Assembly (NCBI GenBank): GCA_946220865.1
Contig: CAMJYM010000001.1
Span: 62,259-126,258 of the forward strand
From: an uncultured Clostridia bacterium
GTDB lineage: Bacteria; Bacillota; Clostridia; Saccharofermentanales; DTU023
Direction of reading: 5' to 3'
DNA: 64,000 nucleotides
The position numbers and the translations under genes are program-made. The notes beneath the pieces are model-generated. The model searched no databases. It was not told the DNA's origin and saw only the letters and a program-made list of their open reading frames with translations. This document shows positions 1 through 8,739 of this stretch, in pieces; within the stretch, counting starts at the first letter, position 1; each line of letters begins with the position of its first letter.

Positions 1-112
1 ATAATTTCCTTCCTGCACTGTGCGGAAAGCTCTTTGACTTCCTCTATACTCAGCTTTTTAACATCTGCCGGGCAGTTGATGCTATGTAGAATATCCTGAC
101 TCAATGTGAACC

Positions 113-1030
113 TCAGTTTCTGCGGCTGGAAAGCCAGCGCTGCATACCGTACAGCCAGTCAAGTTGCAGCCCTTTTTCCTCCAGTGACGCCAGTATTTTG
201 ACATTAGCCTTTTCAAGCTCGGCCAGCCTCTGTTCTGCAACTTTACGACCGAAGACTGTGACAAAGGTTATTTTACCGTCCCTTCTGTCCTTTCCTGCAG
301 TTTTACCCAGCTCTGCCGTTCCAGCTTCTTCGTCAAGCAGGTCATCACGAATTTGGAAACAGAGACCGCTGTTTGCAGCCAAATCCTGCAGGTCGTGGAC
401 GATATTCGCTTCAGCGCCAGCACGGAGTGCCGGGCAGACATAAGCCGCCTGCAGTAATTTGCCGGTTTTAAGTGTTTGCAAGGCAGTAAGCTCTTCCAAC
501 GAAATACTTTCAGGCTCTTTCCCGACAGACAGCAGATCGAGACTTTGCCCTCCGAGCATGCCCTTTTGTCCAGCTGCACCCGCCATATAAGCTGATGCCG
601 CCGAAGCCAGCTCACCCTTACGGCACTCAGCGATCAACAGCTCCATGGCCATATTCAGGAGAGCGTCACCGGCCAGTATGGCCTGACCTTCATCAAAAGC
701 TTTATGACAGGAAGCTTGCCCACGGCGTAAATCATCATTATCCAGAGCGGGAAGGTCATCATGGACCAATGAAGCCGCGTGAATCATCTCGAGAGCTGCA
801 GCATACGGCAGGCGTTCGCTTTCGGGAAGTTCAAAAATTTTTCCGACTTGAAGCAGAATCAGGCCACGGACTCGCTTGCCTCCCCCCAGCAGGGCATAGC
901 GCATTGCCCCCCGCAAAGTTGTAAAAGGACCATCTTCCGTCGTCGGAAGCAGGGACTCAAGTATTGCATTAAATCCGGCTCGGTCTTTCTCCAGGGCTTC
1001 TGCAAAGACTTTTTCAGACATCACGCTCAT
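113..1030 (-). CDS. ispA: Polyprenyl diphosphate synthase (farnesyl/geranylgeranyl-PP synthase family)
   Basis: 305-aa ORF with both Asp-rich motifs of trans-prenyltransferases (LVHDDLPALDNDDLRRG and FQIRDDLLD). The ATG at 1030 overlaps the xseB stop (ATGA). xseA-xseB-ispA order matches Bacillus. Confidence 0.9.
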   Translation of the reverse strand: MSVMSEKVFAEALEKDRAGFNAILESLLPTTEDGPFTTLRGAMRYALLGGGKRVRGLILLQVGKIFELPESERLPYAAALEMIHAASLVHDDLPALDNDDLRRGQASCHKAFDEGQAILAGDALLNMAMELLIAECRKGELASAASAYMAGAAGQKGMLGGQSLDLLSVGKEPESISLEELTALQTLKTGKLLQAAYVCPALRAGAEANIVHDLQDLAANSGLCFQIRDDLLDEEAGTAELGKTAGKDRRDGKITFVTVFGRKVAEQRLAELEKANVKILASLEEKGLQLDWLYGMQRWLSSRRN

Positions 1031-1311
1031 ATTTGATTAAGGGGAGACTCCGTCAGACCGCCCTCGTCATCGACGCGCAGCTCCGTGATTTTTTCTTCCA
1101 TCTCATTAAGAATGCGCGAACAATAGCGCGAGAGAAAGACACCACGTTCGTAGAGTTTACCCGATTCCTCCAATTTAGCTTCACCGCGTTCAAGAGATTT
1201 GACAATTGATTCAAGCTCGGCTACAGCCTCTTCATAGCTCAGTTTTTTTTCACTTTCAGGGACAGACTGCCCTGCAGACGTGGTCTGTTTCTCAGTTTCA
1301 GGTCTTTCCAT
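1027..1311 (-). CDS. xseB: Exodeoxyribonuclease VII small subunit
   Basis: 94-aa helical protein (LSYEEAVAELESIVKSLERGEAKLEES...) immediately downstream of xseA. ATG at 1311. Confidence 0.85.
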   Translation of the reverse strand: MERPETEKQTTSAGQSVPESEKKLSYEEAVAELESIVKSLERGEAKLEESGKLYERGVFLSRYCSRILNEMEEKITELRVDDEGGLTESPLNQI

Positions 1312-1314
1312 GTT

Positions 1315-2586
1315 TTAAGTCTCTCCTTTAATGATTTCTTCAGTTTGCACCAGGACTCGGCCATCCTGCATTCTCAGGCAGAGTTTCATAGGGATATGCA
1401 TGTCGTGAACGGAGCTGAGCAGCCGACCCTCCTCTGTTTCAACGGCCGCATAGCCGCGAGCCAGAAGCTTCCAGGGAGAAAGATGCTCCAGGCTCTGCTC
1501 ACGAAAGCTCAAATGCTGTTTTTCCTGCTGCAGCAGGCTGGCTACACTTTTTTCGAGGCGCTGCCGCAGCTGCGTGATTTCTGCTCGTCGGGGTGAAAGG
1601 AAGGCCAGGGGCTGTGTGAGCACGGCGCGACGCGAGAGGGCATCGAGAGCCAGACTCTCTTCACGGAAGCGTTTTTCCAGGGCAAAGACCAACGCCCGAC
1701 TGAGGCTGCTCAGACTTTGTCTTGCCAGCAGCAGGCACTGCCGGATCGACTTATTAAGCCTTTGCTCATCATCCTTCAGACTTTCTATGAGCGCGCTCTT
1801 TTCGGGTAAGATCAATTCGGCAGCTGCCGAAGGGGTCGGAGCTCGGAGATCTGCACAAAAATCGCAGATGGAAAAATCGCTTTCGTGACCCACAGCTGAG
1901 ATGATGGGAATTTTGCTCTCGTGGACCGCCTCTGCCACAATACGCTCATTAAAGCACCACAGATCCTCCAGAGAGCCCCCACCACGTCCGACGATCAGGA
2001 CATCTGCCGCTTTCAGAATATTAAACAGTTTGATTCCCCGGGCAATTTCTTCCGCAGCACCGGCTCCCTGCACTTTTGTATTGATGAGGCGCAGGCAGAA
2101 ACCCGGAAAGCGTCTACGCAGAACATTGACAATGTCGTGAATAACAGCGCCGGAGGAAGACGTCACCACACCAATCGTCCGGGGAAGCTGAGGCAGCCTT
2201 TTTTTGAGCTTCTGGTCAAACCAGCCCAGGCCTCCAAGCTCCTTTTTCAAAGCCTCAAAGCGCTGCCACAGATCCCCCTCTCCAAGGGGCTGAAAGCGCT
2301 TCACATAGAGCTGAAAACGGCCATCACGCTCATAGATGCCTGCCCTGCCGTGACAGAGGACATGAGCGCCCTCCTGAGGTAGTTGTCGCTGTGTCTGGAC
2401 ATCACCTCGCCACATGACACAGGAGACCGAAGCCTTGTCGTCTTTCAGCGTGAAATAAAAATGGCCGGAAGGATAGCGTTTAGCCGCAGAAATTTCACCC
2501 TCGACACGACAATTCTGCAGTGGCGACGCATCAATACAGGCAGAAGCCAGGCGGTTAAAATCAGAAACGCTCAGATCCCCGAGCAT
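1315..2586 (-). CDS. xseA: Exodeoxyribonuclease VII large subunit
   Basis: 423-aa ORF with an N-terminal OB-fold-like segment (VEGEISAAKRYPSGHFYFTLKD) and a catalytic core (IGVVTSSSGAVIHDI, VGRGGGSLEDLWCFN, ISAVGHESD). Confidence 0.9.
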   Translation of the reverse strand: MLGDLSVSDFNRLASACIDASPLQNCRVEGEISAAKRYPSGHFYFTLKDDKASVSCVMWRGDVQTQRQLPQEGAHVLCHGRAGIYERDGRFQLYVKRFQPLGEGDLWQRFEALKKELGGLGWFDQKLKKRLPQLPRTIGVVTSSSGAVIHDIVNVLRRRFPGFCLRLINTKVQGAGAAEEIARGIKLFNILKAADVLIVGRGGGSLEDLWCFNERIVAEAVHESKIPIISAVGHESDFSICDFCADLRAPTPSAAAELILPEKSALIESLKDDEQRLNKSIRQCLLLARQSLSSLSRALVFALEKRFREESLALDALSRRAVLTQPLAFLSPRRAEITQLRQRLEKSVASLLQQEKQHLSFREQSLEHLSPWKLLARGYAAVETEEGRLLSSVHDMHIPMKLCLRMQDGRVLVQTEEIIKGET

Positions 2587-3116
2587 GTCTCATTCCCTTC
2601 ACCACTGTCCTGCAACGGCTCAGCAGAAGCTGCGCCCGAGGTTTTATCACTGTGAAGAGCTGCGGCTGTCCCGGACTGAGGGTTTTCAGTTTCACTTTTC
2701 GCGGCCTCTCTCTGACGCATAAAAGAAGCCAAAACGCCGTTGATATAAGATCTGGCATCATCATCACTGTAGATTTTAGCCAGGCGTACCGCTTCAGATA
2801 TAGCCACATTATGGGGCAAATCCTCACAATAAAGGATTTCATAAACAGCCAGCCGCAGGATACAGAGATCGACCAGAGGCAGGCGCTGCAAAGTCCAGCG
2901 TTTGAGCAAAGGTTCGATGGCTGCATCCAGCTCCTCTAACTTAGTGCTGACTCCCTCGCAGCGCTCTAAAAAGAAGGCCCGCTCTTCTTCGGAGTAGGCC
3001 CGGTCTGCCAGAAAACGTTCTTCCTGCTCACTGCGACTATCTTTTTGTATGCAGAGCTGATAAAGAAAACAGAAAACAGCTTCGCGGATTTCACCGGGTT
3101 TGAACGTGGAATTCAA
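2571..3116 (-). CDS. nusB: Transcription antitermination factor NusB with a low-complexity C-terminal tail
   Basis: 181-aa ORF. The NusB core motifs are present (REAVFCFLYQL..., LDLCILRLAVYEILYCEDLPHNVAISEAVRLAKIYSDDDARSYINGVL). It has a TTG start at 3116 preceded by AAGGGGGG. The ~45-aa Ser/Ala/Glu-rich tail overlaps the xseA start by 16 nt. Confidence 0.85.
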   Translation of the reverse strand: MNSTFKPGEIREAVFCFLYQLCIQKDSRSEQEERFLADRAYSEEERAFFLERCEGVSTKLEELDAAIEPLLKRWTLQRLPLVDLCILRLAVYEILYCEDLPHNVAISEAVRLAKIYSDDDARSYINGVLASFMRQREAAKSETENPQSGTAAALHSDKTSGAASAEPLQDSGEGNETCSGI

Positions 3117-3128
3117 TGGAAGCCCCCC

Positions 3129-3374
3129 TTAGCGAAAAAATCCCGGAGGAAAGATTTTGTCCAGGAATTTGCGAAAACTTTCTTTATCCGAAAAATGGCG
3201 GAGAGATAGAAAGTACCCTGCAAAAGTCATCAGCAGAATAAAAAGGGTCTTCCAGAGCCCCAATACCATCCAGATCAGGCCAAGGAGAAAGCCAAAAAGA
3301 GCTCCTGTAGCACCCGGGCCAATGTTTTTTGCATTTTCAAGCAACTGCTTCAGCCACGATTTATATTCAGGCAT
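3129..3374 (-). CDS. Small integral membrane protein (DUF2273-like)
   Basis: 81-aa ORF with two hydrophobic helices and a GGAGGG RBS before the ATG at 3374. It sits in the conserved position next to amaP/asp23. Confidence 0.6.
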   Translation of the reverse strand: MPEYKSWLKQLLENAKNIGPGATGALFGFLLGLIWMVLGLWKTLFILLMTFAGYFLSLRHFSDKESFRKFLDKIFPPGFFR

Positions 3375-3425
3375 AGGCCCTCCTTTTCAAGCGACAATAA
3401 GATCCTGAACTGAAACTGCTGTCCA

Positions 3426-3977
3426 TCAGTGATCAATTCTGGCCGTGATAGCGTCAACCCGGGATACGCGAACATGAACTTCGCCAACTTCGATTCCGGT
3501 ATAGCGTTCAATATCTTTTTTGACTCGCTCCTGAACTCTGGACATCATCGTCGGAAGCTCGACGTCAGAATAGCAGGAAACGATCATGGTCACGGCAAGT
3601 TTATCCCCTTTGAAGGGGGCCACCCGGGCTTTTGCACTTCTGACACCAGACTGTGACCCCTTCGCTGCATTGAGAGCAATGCTTTCAATCGCATCGACCC
3701 CGATATCCACTGAACCCAAAGTGGACTCCCGAACGCGCGCACGACGCAGGCGTCCACTCATCACAGCAAGCAGAAGAGAAATCACGGCAGCGACAAGCAA
3801 GACGATCGCCGACAAAATAATCAGCACACGCCAGCTGCCGATTTTCTGCAGTCGTAGGAAAAAGGCCACCATAGCGCTCATGATCGTCTCGGAAAGGAAC
3901 ATCAGCAAAGTAATCAGGGATAAAACCGCTAGGATAAAAGAAAAAATAACGATAATCACACGTGACCAGCGGCTCAT
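3426..3977 (-). CDS. amaP: Alkaline shock response membrane anchor protein AmaP-like
   Basis: 183-aa ORF with N-terminal TM helices. Its start overlaps the asp23 stop (ATGA). The call rests on the typical Asp23-AmaP-DUF2273 gene trio. Confidence 0.6.
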   Translation of the reverse strand: MSRWSRVIIVIFSFILAVLSLITLLMFLSETIMSAMVAFFLRLQKIGSWRVLIILSAIVLLVAAVISLLLAVMSGRLRRARVRESTLGSVDIGVDAIESIALNAAKGSQSGVRSAKARVAPFKGDKLAVTMIVSCYSDVELPTMMSRVQERVKKDIERYTGIEVGEVHVRVSRVDAITARIDH

Positions 3978-4351
3978 TTTTCTTCCTCCTCTCTGACGAT
4001 GCCCATCACCTGGACATTAACTTCATTGACAGGCAGACCGGTAAATCTTTCGACTTCTTCCTTAACCTGCTCCTGAACCTGCCAGGCCACATCCGGCAGC
4101 CTGTAACCGTAGAACATCAGAGGGAAAACATCAATCTGCACAAAATCGGCATTTTCGCCCTGGAAACGGACGCGCACACCTTTGCCATCGTGTTCTCCCC
4201 CGAGAACTTCCTTAAGAGAAACGATAACTCCGGTCTCCAGGCCCGCCACACCCGGCACCTGCATTGCAGCTTCCGCCGAATACTGGGCAATAAAACCCTG
4301 AGACAAACTACGCTCCCCTTTTACGGATGTTTTTTCTCCACTCTCCGGCAT
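3974..4351 (-). CDS. Asp23/Gls24 family envelope stress protein
   Basis: 125-aa acidic protein with family-typical segments (GVAGLETG..., VRVRF..., VNVQVMGI). Confidence 0.8.
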   Translation of the reverse strand: MPESGEKTSVKGERSLSQGFIAQYSAEAAMQVPGVAGLETGVIVSLKEVLGGEHDGKGVRVRFQGENADFVQIDVFPLMFYGYRLPDVAWQVQEQVKEEVERFTGLPVNEVNVQVMGIVREEEEK

Positions 4352-4365
4352 AATCGGCAGCTCAA

Positions 4366-4929
4366 TTAGTTCTTAACACGATCCATATACTCACCGGTAC
4401 GGGTATCAATACGGATAATATCGCCTTCATTGATAAAGAGGGGAACGCGGACTTCATAGCCGCTTTCCACTTTGGCTGTCTTGGTGGCGTTGGTCGCGGT
4501 ATCGCCACGGACACCAGGCTCACACTCCGTGACCAGCAGCTCTACAAACGTTGGAGGTTCAATGCCAAAGATCGTGCCCTTATAAGAAACGATGCGGCAA
4601 ACCATACCCTCTTTTAAGTAGTTCAGATTATCGCCCAGGAGGTCTTTGCTGATAGGAATCTGTTCGAACGTTTCCGTATCCATAAAATAGTAAAGATCAC
4701 CGTCAGCATAGAGGTAAGACATATCTGCACGCTCCAGCTGGGCCTGTTCAAACTTTTCTGTCGGGTTAAAGCTGCGCTCCACCACCGCACCGGTTTTGAC
4801 ATTTTTGTATTTGGTACGCACGAAAGCCGCACCTTTGCCAGGTTTCACGTGCTGAAATTCCACGACCTGGTAAACCTGACCATCCATCTCAAATGTCATT
4901 CCGTTGCGAAAATCACCCGCACTAATCAT
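4366..4929 (-). CDS. efp: Translation elongation factor P
   Basis: 187 aa beginning [47 protein letters not shown], the canonical EF-P N-terminus including the KPGKG loop. Confidence 0.95.
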   Translation of the reverse strand: MISAGDFRNGMTFEMDGQVYQVVEFQHVKPGKGAAFVRTKYKNVKTGAVVERSFNPTEKFEQAQLERADMSYLYADGDLYYFMDTETFEQIPISKDLLGDNLNYLKEGMVCRIVSYKGTIFGIEPPTFVELLVTECEPGVRGDTATNATKTAKVESGYEVRVPLFINEGDIIRIDTRTGEYMDRVKN

Positions 4930-5013
4930 AAGTACCTCCTACAGGGCACAGGATTTTCCCGCGACCCTCAATCATGTTTATAAGCTTGGTCTATTATAAA
5001 GTTAGCAAGGCCC

Positions 5014-5544
5014 TTACTGCAAGCGCTTACACTTTGGCAATGCGGGGATGGCCTGGAGATCAAGGCCATGTCGATAACAATAGTTTTCAAGTTTTCTTTT
5101 CCAGCGCACAAAACCGGACAGATCCTCCGCCAACGGCGGCACAAGGAGAGTTTTGCAGCCGCTTCTGCGTCCGGCCATCACATCAGTAAAGAGCTGATCG
5201 CCAATCATGAGGCAGCGTTCAGGTTTCAAGCCTTGTTGACGCAAAAATGATTTTATCTTGAAAGCCAGAGGTTTCATGGCCAGCCCCAGATAAGGTATCC
5301 CCAGATTCTTTGTGAACTCTGCGCCTCGTTCCGCTTTGGCGTTGGATAGAACACAGAGAGACAAGCCTGCTTTTTTCATCTCTTTGAGGAGGTTTATCGT
5401 TGCCAGATCAGCTTGACGAGATCCATCCGGAGCCAGTGTGTTGTCAATATCTAAAAAAAGCAGTTCTATGCCCAGGGAGGGGATTTTCTGCCAATCAATT
5501 TCGGTCAGACTCTGGTTGTAAAAATCGGGGGTTATGATGTGCAT
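5014..5544 (-). CDS. YqeG-family HAD-IIIA phosphatase
   Basis: HAD motif I (LFLDIDNTL) and later motifs (SNA..., IGDQLFTDV). I moved the start to the ATG at 5544 (MHIITPDF...) because GGAGGA lies 6 nt upstream. The track ORF extends to 5589. Confidence 0.75.
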   Translation of the reverse strand: MHIITPDFYNQSLTEIDWQKIPSLGIELLFLDIDNTLAPDGSRQADLATINLLKEMKKAGLSLCVLSNAKAERGAEFTKNLGIPYLGLAMKPLAFKIKSFLRQQGLKPERCLMIGDQLFTDVMAGRRSGCKTLLVPPLAEDLSGFVRWKRKLENYCYRHGLDLQAIPALPKCKRLQ

Positions 5545-5705
5545 AGTTTTCCTCCACATTTTCATTATACCCCAGGTTGAGCAGAGCAATCAGAAAGAGC
5601 TGGGGCCTCTCGTAAGACGGAGTCATCTGTGTTAGGGTGAGCAGGCAGAGTCTATGGATTCGACCATATATCTCCGGTCATATTTCACAGAAAGCGAGTT
5701 AAAAC

Positions 5706-6866
5706 ATGCAGTGTCTTAAATTCGGAGGCAGTTCGCTTGCCACGGCAGAGCGCTTTCAGAATGCCGCTAAAATCGTTGCTTTAAAGCCCGTCAACAGGAT
5801 CTGTGTTTGTTCTGCTCCTGGAAAGCACCGCCCGGACGAACAAAAGATCACCGATCTTCTGATTCGCTTTGCCCAGACCAAAGAAAAGGAAGACGGCAAA
5901 CGTGCAGCCGGGGAAATCCTTGCACGCTGCCGACAAATTGAAAAAGAACTCTGCATTCCTGAAGCAAAGCTGCCTTCAGATAAGCTGGCTAAAGAGCTGA
6001 TTGAAGCTCCCCTGGCACAGACTCCTGAAGAACAAAAACTGCGAGAAGATTTTCTGCTCCCGCTGGGTGAAATTTTTTCTGCCCACATCATGCTCTATTG
6101 CCTGCAGCAGAAAGGTCTGAAAACACGTTTTGTCGATCCTGCTCGTGCAGGGCTGCTCCTTTCGGACGATAAAGACGGCCGCACCGTGAATCCAGTCTGC
6201 CGCGAACGTCTCTGCACTTCTCTCAGCGTCGCCCTGCAAGAGGCCGATGTGCTTGTTATCCCCGGTTTCTACGGAGCTGATAAAGAAGGACGTCGCCGTG
6301 TCATGCCCCGTGGCGGCTCCGATTTAACCGCAGCCTGGGCAGCCGCTTCTCTACATATCGCCTGTGACATTTACAGTGATGTCTCCGGTGTTTATGAGGC
6401 TGATCCAGCCGCCATTCTGGCAGCCAGACCCATTCCCTCACTCTCCTATGCGGAGATGCAGGCTATGGCAGAATATGGAGCTAAGGTTTTGCACAAAGAT
6501 GCCGTATTCCCCCTGGAAGAAGCCAAATTAAAACTGAGGATATTAAACAGTTTCGAACCTGCCGCAAAGGGTAGCCTGATTCGTGTCGAAACTGAAGAAA
6601 GATTAAAACCCATCGCCGTCTCCTGGCGCCCTCAGGAAAACACAGAGAACGCCTTAATCGCTCTAATCGGCAGCGGGCTTGAAAAAAATCCGGGAATTCA
6701 GGAAAACGCTCTCAGTCTTCTCCGCTTAGTGGACAAAAAGTCCAGAAAATCTGAAACCTTCGACCAGCTACCCGCTCTGGTTTTCCAAGTTGAAAAGAAG
6801 TGCGCAAAGAAGGCCGCTGCTCTGCTCTACGAGAAGCTTGTCGGGCTTCAAAGTCGTCAGCCGTAA
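5706..6866 (+). CDS. Aspartate kinase-like amino-acid kinase
   Basis: 386 aa with an N-terminal KFGGSSLA motif and an AAK fold pattern (VVIPGFYGADKEGRRRVMPRGGSDLTAA, YSDVSGVYEADP). The C-terminal ACT-like region is short. Confidence 0.7.
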   Translation: MQCLKFGGSSLATAERFQNAAKIVALKPVNRICVCSAPGKHRPDEQKITDLLIRFAQTKEKEDGKRAAGEILARCRQIEKELCIPEAKLPSDKLAKELIEAPLAQTPEEQKLREDFLLPLGEIFSAHIMLYCLQQKGLKTRFVDPARAGLLLSDDKDGRTVNPVCRERLCTSLSVALQEADVLVIPGFYGADKEGRRRVMPRGGSDLTAAWAAASLHIACDIYSDVSGVYEADPAAILAARPIPSLSYAEMQAMAEYGAKVLHKDAVFPLEEAKLKLRILNSFEPAAKGSLIRVETEERLKPIAVSWRPQENTENALIALIGSGLEKNPGIQENALSLLRLVDKKSRKSETFDQLPALVFQVEKKCAKKAAALLYEKLVGLQSRQP

Positions 6867-6871
6867 AGATC

Positions 6872-8731
6872 TCACCTTCTCAGCGACATGTCCACGATAG
6901 CCTGGGGATCAAGAATACGCTCAAGTTTCCAGGAGGGCGTTGTAAGCGTGTTGCCGCTGACCATTGTGCGATCAAAGTGCACGAATTTTTTTTCGAAAAA
7001 ATAATAGGGTTTCGGCCCTTCACCGAAGAAAACATGGAAGCCTGAATCCAGAACTTTATTCAGGCTCTCCGCATCGGTGTATACATTGCTTCCGTTGGGG
7101 AAAACAAAAGAATAGGACTCAATGCCCAGGGGAACCGTACTTTCGCGCCACCCGGCCAGTTCAGAAGACAGTTCTTCGTGACTTAAGGTTCCCGTATCCA
7201 GACCTCTGTCACCAACAGAGGCAAAATCCCAGCCCTCAGTTTTAAGCAATGTCAGGACCTTCAGGAGCTCACTTTTCTGTTTATCCAGACCCGCCTTATC
7301 CAATTCAGGATATTCCTGGGCAAATTTCTCCCAGGCCTTCTGACTTGCTTTCATCTGAGCCTCATTGCAGACATAACCCAAAATACTTTCATCCGTACGA
7401 AGAGCAATTAATGCTTTGGCGCCATCGAAGGAAAAGTCCGGATACTCCAGAAGATAACTGTCAAGAATGGGGATGGCGTCAAGCTCAGGACCGGTTTTGA
7501 GGCCGGCACGGGCAGAGAGATGTCCTTCTTTATCGATAAAAAGCTGAGCTGCCGTACCACAGAGTTGATTGAGAGCAGAATAGGACCACTGATCAAAAAT
7601 CAACATGAGTGGTTTTTTGCCCGAAGGGACACGCAATTCGACCTCAGCATTGGGCCAGGCCTGAACTTCTCTGGGCGAAATTAAAATATAATTTTTTTCT
7701 CTGAGCTGATCCAGCATCTTTTTAAATTCATCTGCCGTGAGAAGATTGTTCAGAGCATAGCCCGGATCTTCCGCGGAAGCAAAAGCCAGCTCTTTCTGGA
7801 CCGTCAAAGGAAAGACCGAAAGGACTTCAACTTCCCCCTTCCAACTTTCGATAGAAGAGGGTTTGTTCTTCTCGCAGATCTTCAGCAAGTTATCTATTTC
7901 CTGCCGTCCTGGGAAAACCTTCTGCATACGTGAGAGCAAGTCATAGCCACTGACATAACGGGAAGCCTCAACCATCTTGCCAGCCAGATCCAGGAGATGG
8001 GAATACTCACGTTCCTGATAAGCGCGCAGGTGATAGCCTGCATACTCGCGCACAAAACGGCAGTTTTCTTTATTGTCGGAAATTTTCTGCCAGGAAGACC
8101 AGGCAAGCTGCCAGTCACCGCCCTTTTCAATATCTGCAGCCTCCGCAAAGACCGTTATCGAGGCGCAGAGACAGTCTTTTTGTTCCAATAGACCATCTGT
8201 CACGGAGCGTAGATTTGAAGGTTTAGAGAAAGTACTGAGTAAAGCTTCCCAGCGTTCAGGGGAAAGTTTGCCATCCAGGAGTTCTTCGCTTTTTTCTCTG
8301 AGCAGGGGCAAAATTCTTGCCGCAGAAAGTTCCGCCAGCCCTTCCAATAAGTCTTCTTCATCCGCACTGAGTTCAGCACCGGAAAGAACGCTTTCGCTGA
8401 TCTGGTCAATCAGCTTGAAAGCATCAGACTCCATCTGATCCTGAAGAAGCTTTTTTCTGGCTCGCTCATCATCGCTGAGGGAAAGATCCGTTGCCCCCAT
8501 CTGTACGGCATGATAGCGCTTCATAGCCAGACTGTATTGTTTTTCCCCCAGGGCAGTCACAAATCCCCGCTCTATATCACTGCGCTCTTTGCGGCCCAGG
8601 AGGAAAAGCAAAGAAGTCACGATCACAAGCAGAGCAACTGTGCTCAGAAGAATATAAAGGCCCTTGCGCCAATTGATCTGAGGCTTTTCCTCTTCATAAA
8701 TATTTAGCTCTTTACGACGTTTAAGCCACAT
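6872..8731 (-). CDS. Membrane-anchored hypothetical protein
   Basis: 619-aa ORF with one N-terminal TM helix (LYILLSTVALLVIVTSLLFLL). It starts 9 nt after the parC stop and is probably co-transcribed. The C-terminal half weakly recalls NodB/polysaccharide deacetylase layout (PLMLIFDQWSYS), but the Asp-Asp motif is not intact. Function unassigned. Confidence 0.5.
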   Translation of the reverse strand: MWLKRRKELNIYEEEKPQINWRKGLYILLSTVALLVIVTSLLFLLGRKERSDIERGFVTALGEKQYSLAMKRYHAVQMGATDLSLSDDERARKKLLQDQMESDAFKLIDQISESVLSGAELSADEEDLLEGLAELSAARILPLLREKSEELLDGKLSPERWEALLSTFSKPSNLRSVTDGLLEQKDCLCASITVFAEAADIEKGGDWQLAWSSWQKISDNKENCRFVREYAGYHLRAYQEREYSHLLDLAGKMVEASRYVSGYDLLSRMQKVFPGRQEIDNLLKICEKNKPSSIESWKGEVEVLSVFPLTVQKELAFASAEDPGYALNNLLTADEFKKMLDQLREKNYILISPREVQAWPNAEVELRVPSGKKPLMLIFDQWSYSALNQLCGTAAQLFIDKEGHLSARAGLKTGPELDAIPILDSYLLEYPDFSFDGAKALIALRTDESILGYVCNEAQMKASQKAWEKFAQEYPELDKAGLDKQKSELLKVLTLLKTEGWDFASVGDRGLDTGTLSHEELSSELAGWRESTVPLGIESYSFVFPNGSNVYTDAESLNKVLDSGFHVFFGEGPKPYYFFEKKFVHFDRTMVSGNTLTTPSWKLERILDPQAIVDMSLRR

Positions 8732-8739
8732 CTTAACAT

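Noticed and set aside
5590-5705. A lysine (L-box) riboswitch upstream of the aspartate-kinase-like gene.
   Set aside because: Only 116 nt are available, and I recognised none of the L-box conserved helices or motifs.
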